Positions 63,850 to 64,000 of a stretch of 64,000 nucleotides of DNA are shown here, piece after piece. A program made the translations under genes and the position numbers. Within the stretch, counting starts at the first letter, position 1, and each line of letters starts with the position of its first letter. The stretch is taken from NCBI RefSeq assembly GCF_009914755.1, contig NC_060929.1; one strand, 5' to 3'. The notes beneath the pieces were generated by a model that did no database searches, had not been told where the DNA came from, and saw only the letters and a list, made by a program, of their open reading frames with translations. The stretch comes from the human T2T-CHM13v2.0 reference genome, Homo sapiens.

Positions 63850-64000
63850 TTTCCAACAGGTAGCAATGAGAAGCAGCAGCATGGGCAAACAGAGGCAGGA
63901 GAGGAAGGTGGAGGGGTGGTGTACAAGGGTCTAGTCTGCAGATAGAACATGAAGCACTGGGCTATTAAGTTTGGACTTTATTCCATAATCAGTGAGAGCT
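63850..64000 (-). mobile_element. L2 fragment (runs off the window)
   Basis: cagcagcatgggcaaacagaggcagg...ttaagtttggactttattc. Confidence 0.45.

Overview
Human (primate) genomic DNA, CpG-poor and dense in Alu, L1, L2, MIR, MaLR/ERV1 LTRs and DNA-transposon relics. The only convincing coding sequence is one 115-nt internal exon on the minus strand (23268-23382), which the ORF track misses. It translates to (A)LDPSKDPCLKVKCSPHKVCVTQDYQTALCVSRKHLLP(R), the follistatin N-terminal module of testican-1, so the window lies inside SPOCK1 (exon 4 from memory, with parts of its two flanking introns). The listed ORFs are chance or repeat-derived. I see no evidence of a new multi-gene system. The most unusual items are: (i) a rearrangement scar at about 41.1-44.0 kb, where an L1PB 3' UTR is inverted at its (TA)n tract and the tract carries copies of unique sequence from about 2 kb upstream; (ii) a second TA tract at 4.2-4.7 kb containing inverted copies of its own flanks; (iii) a speculative cryptic or alternative SPOCK1 exon at 15087-15207 whose ATG frame gives a hydrophobic N-terminus in the same phase as the real exon; (iv) a complete two-LTR MLT1A provirus with intact TSD and nested insertions. 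Repeat subfamily names come from recognising consensus sequences by eye, and boundaries of old repeats are approximate.
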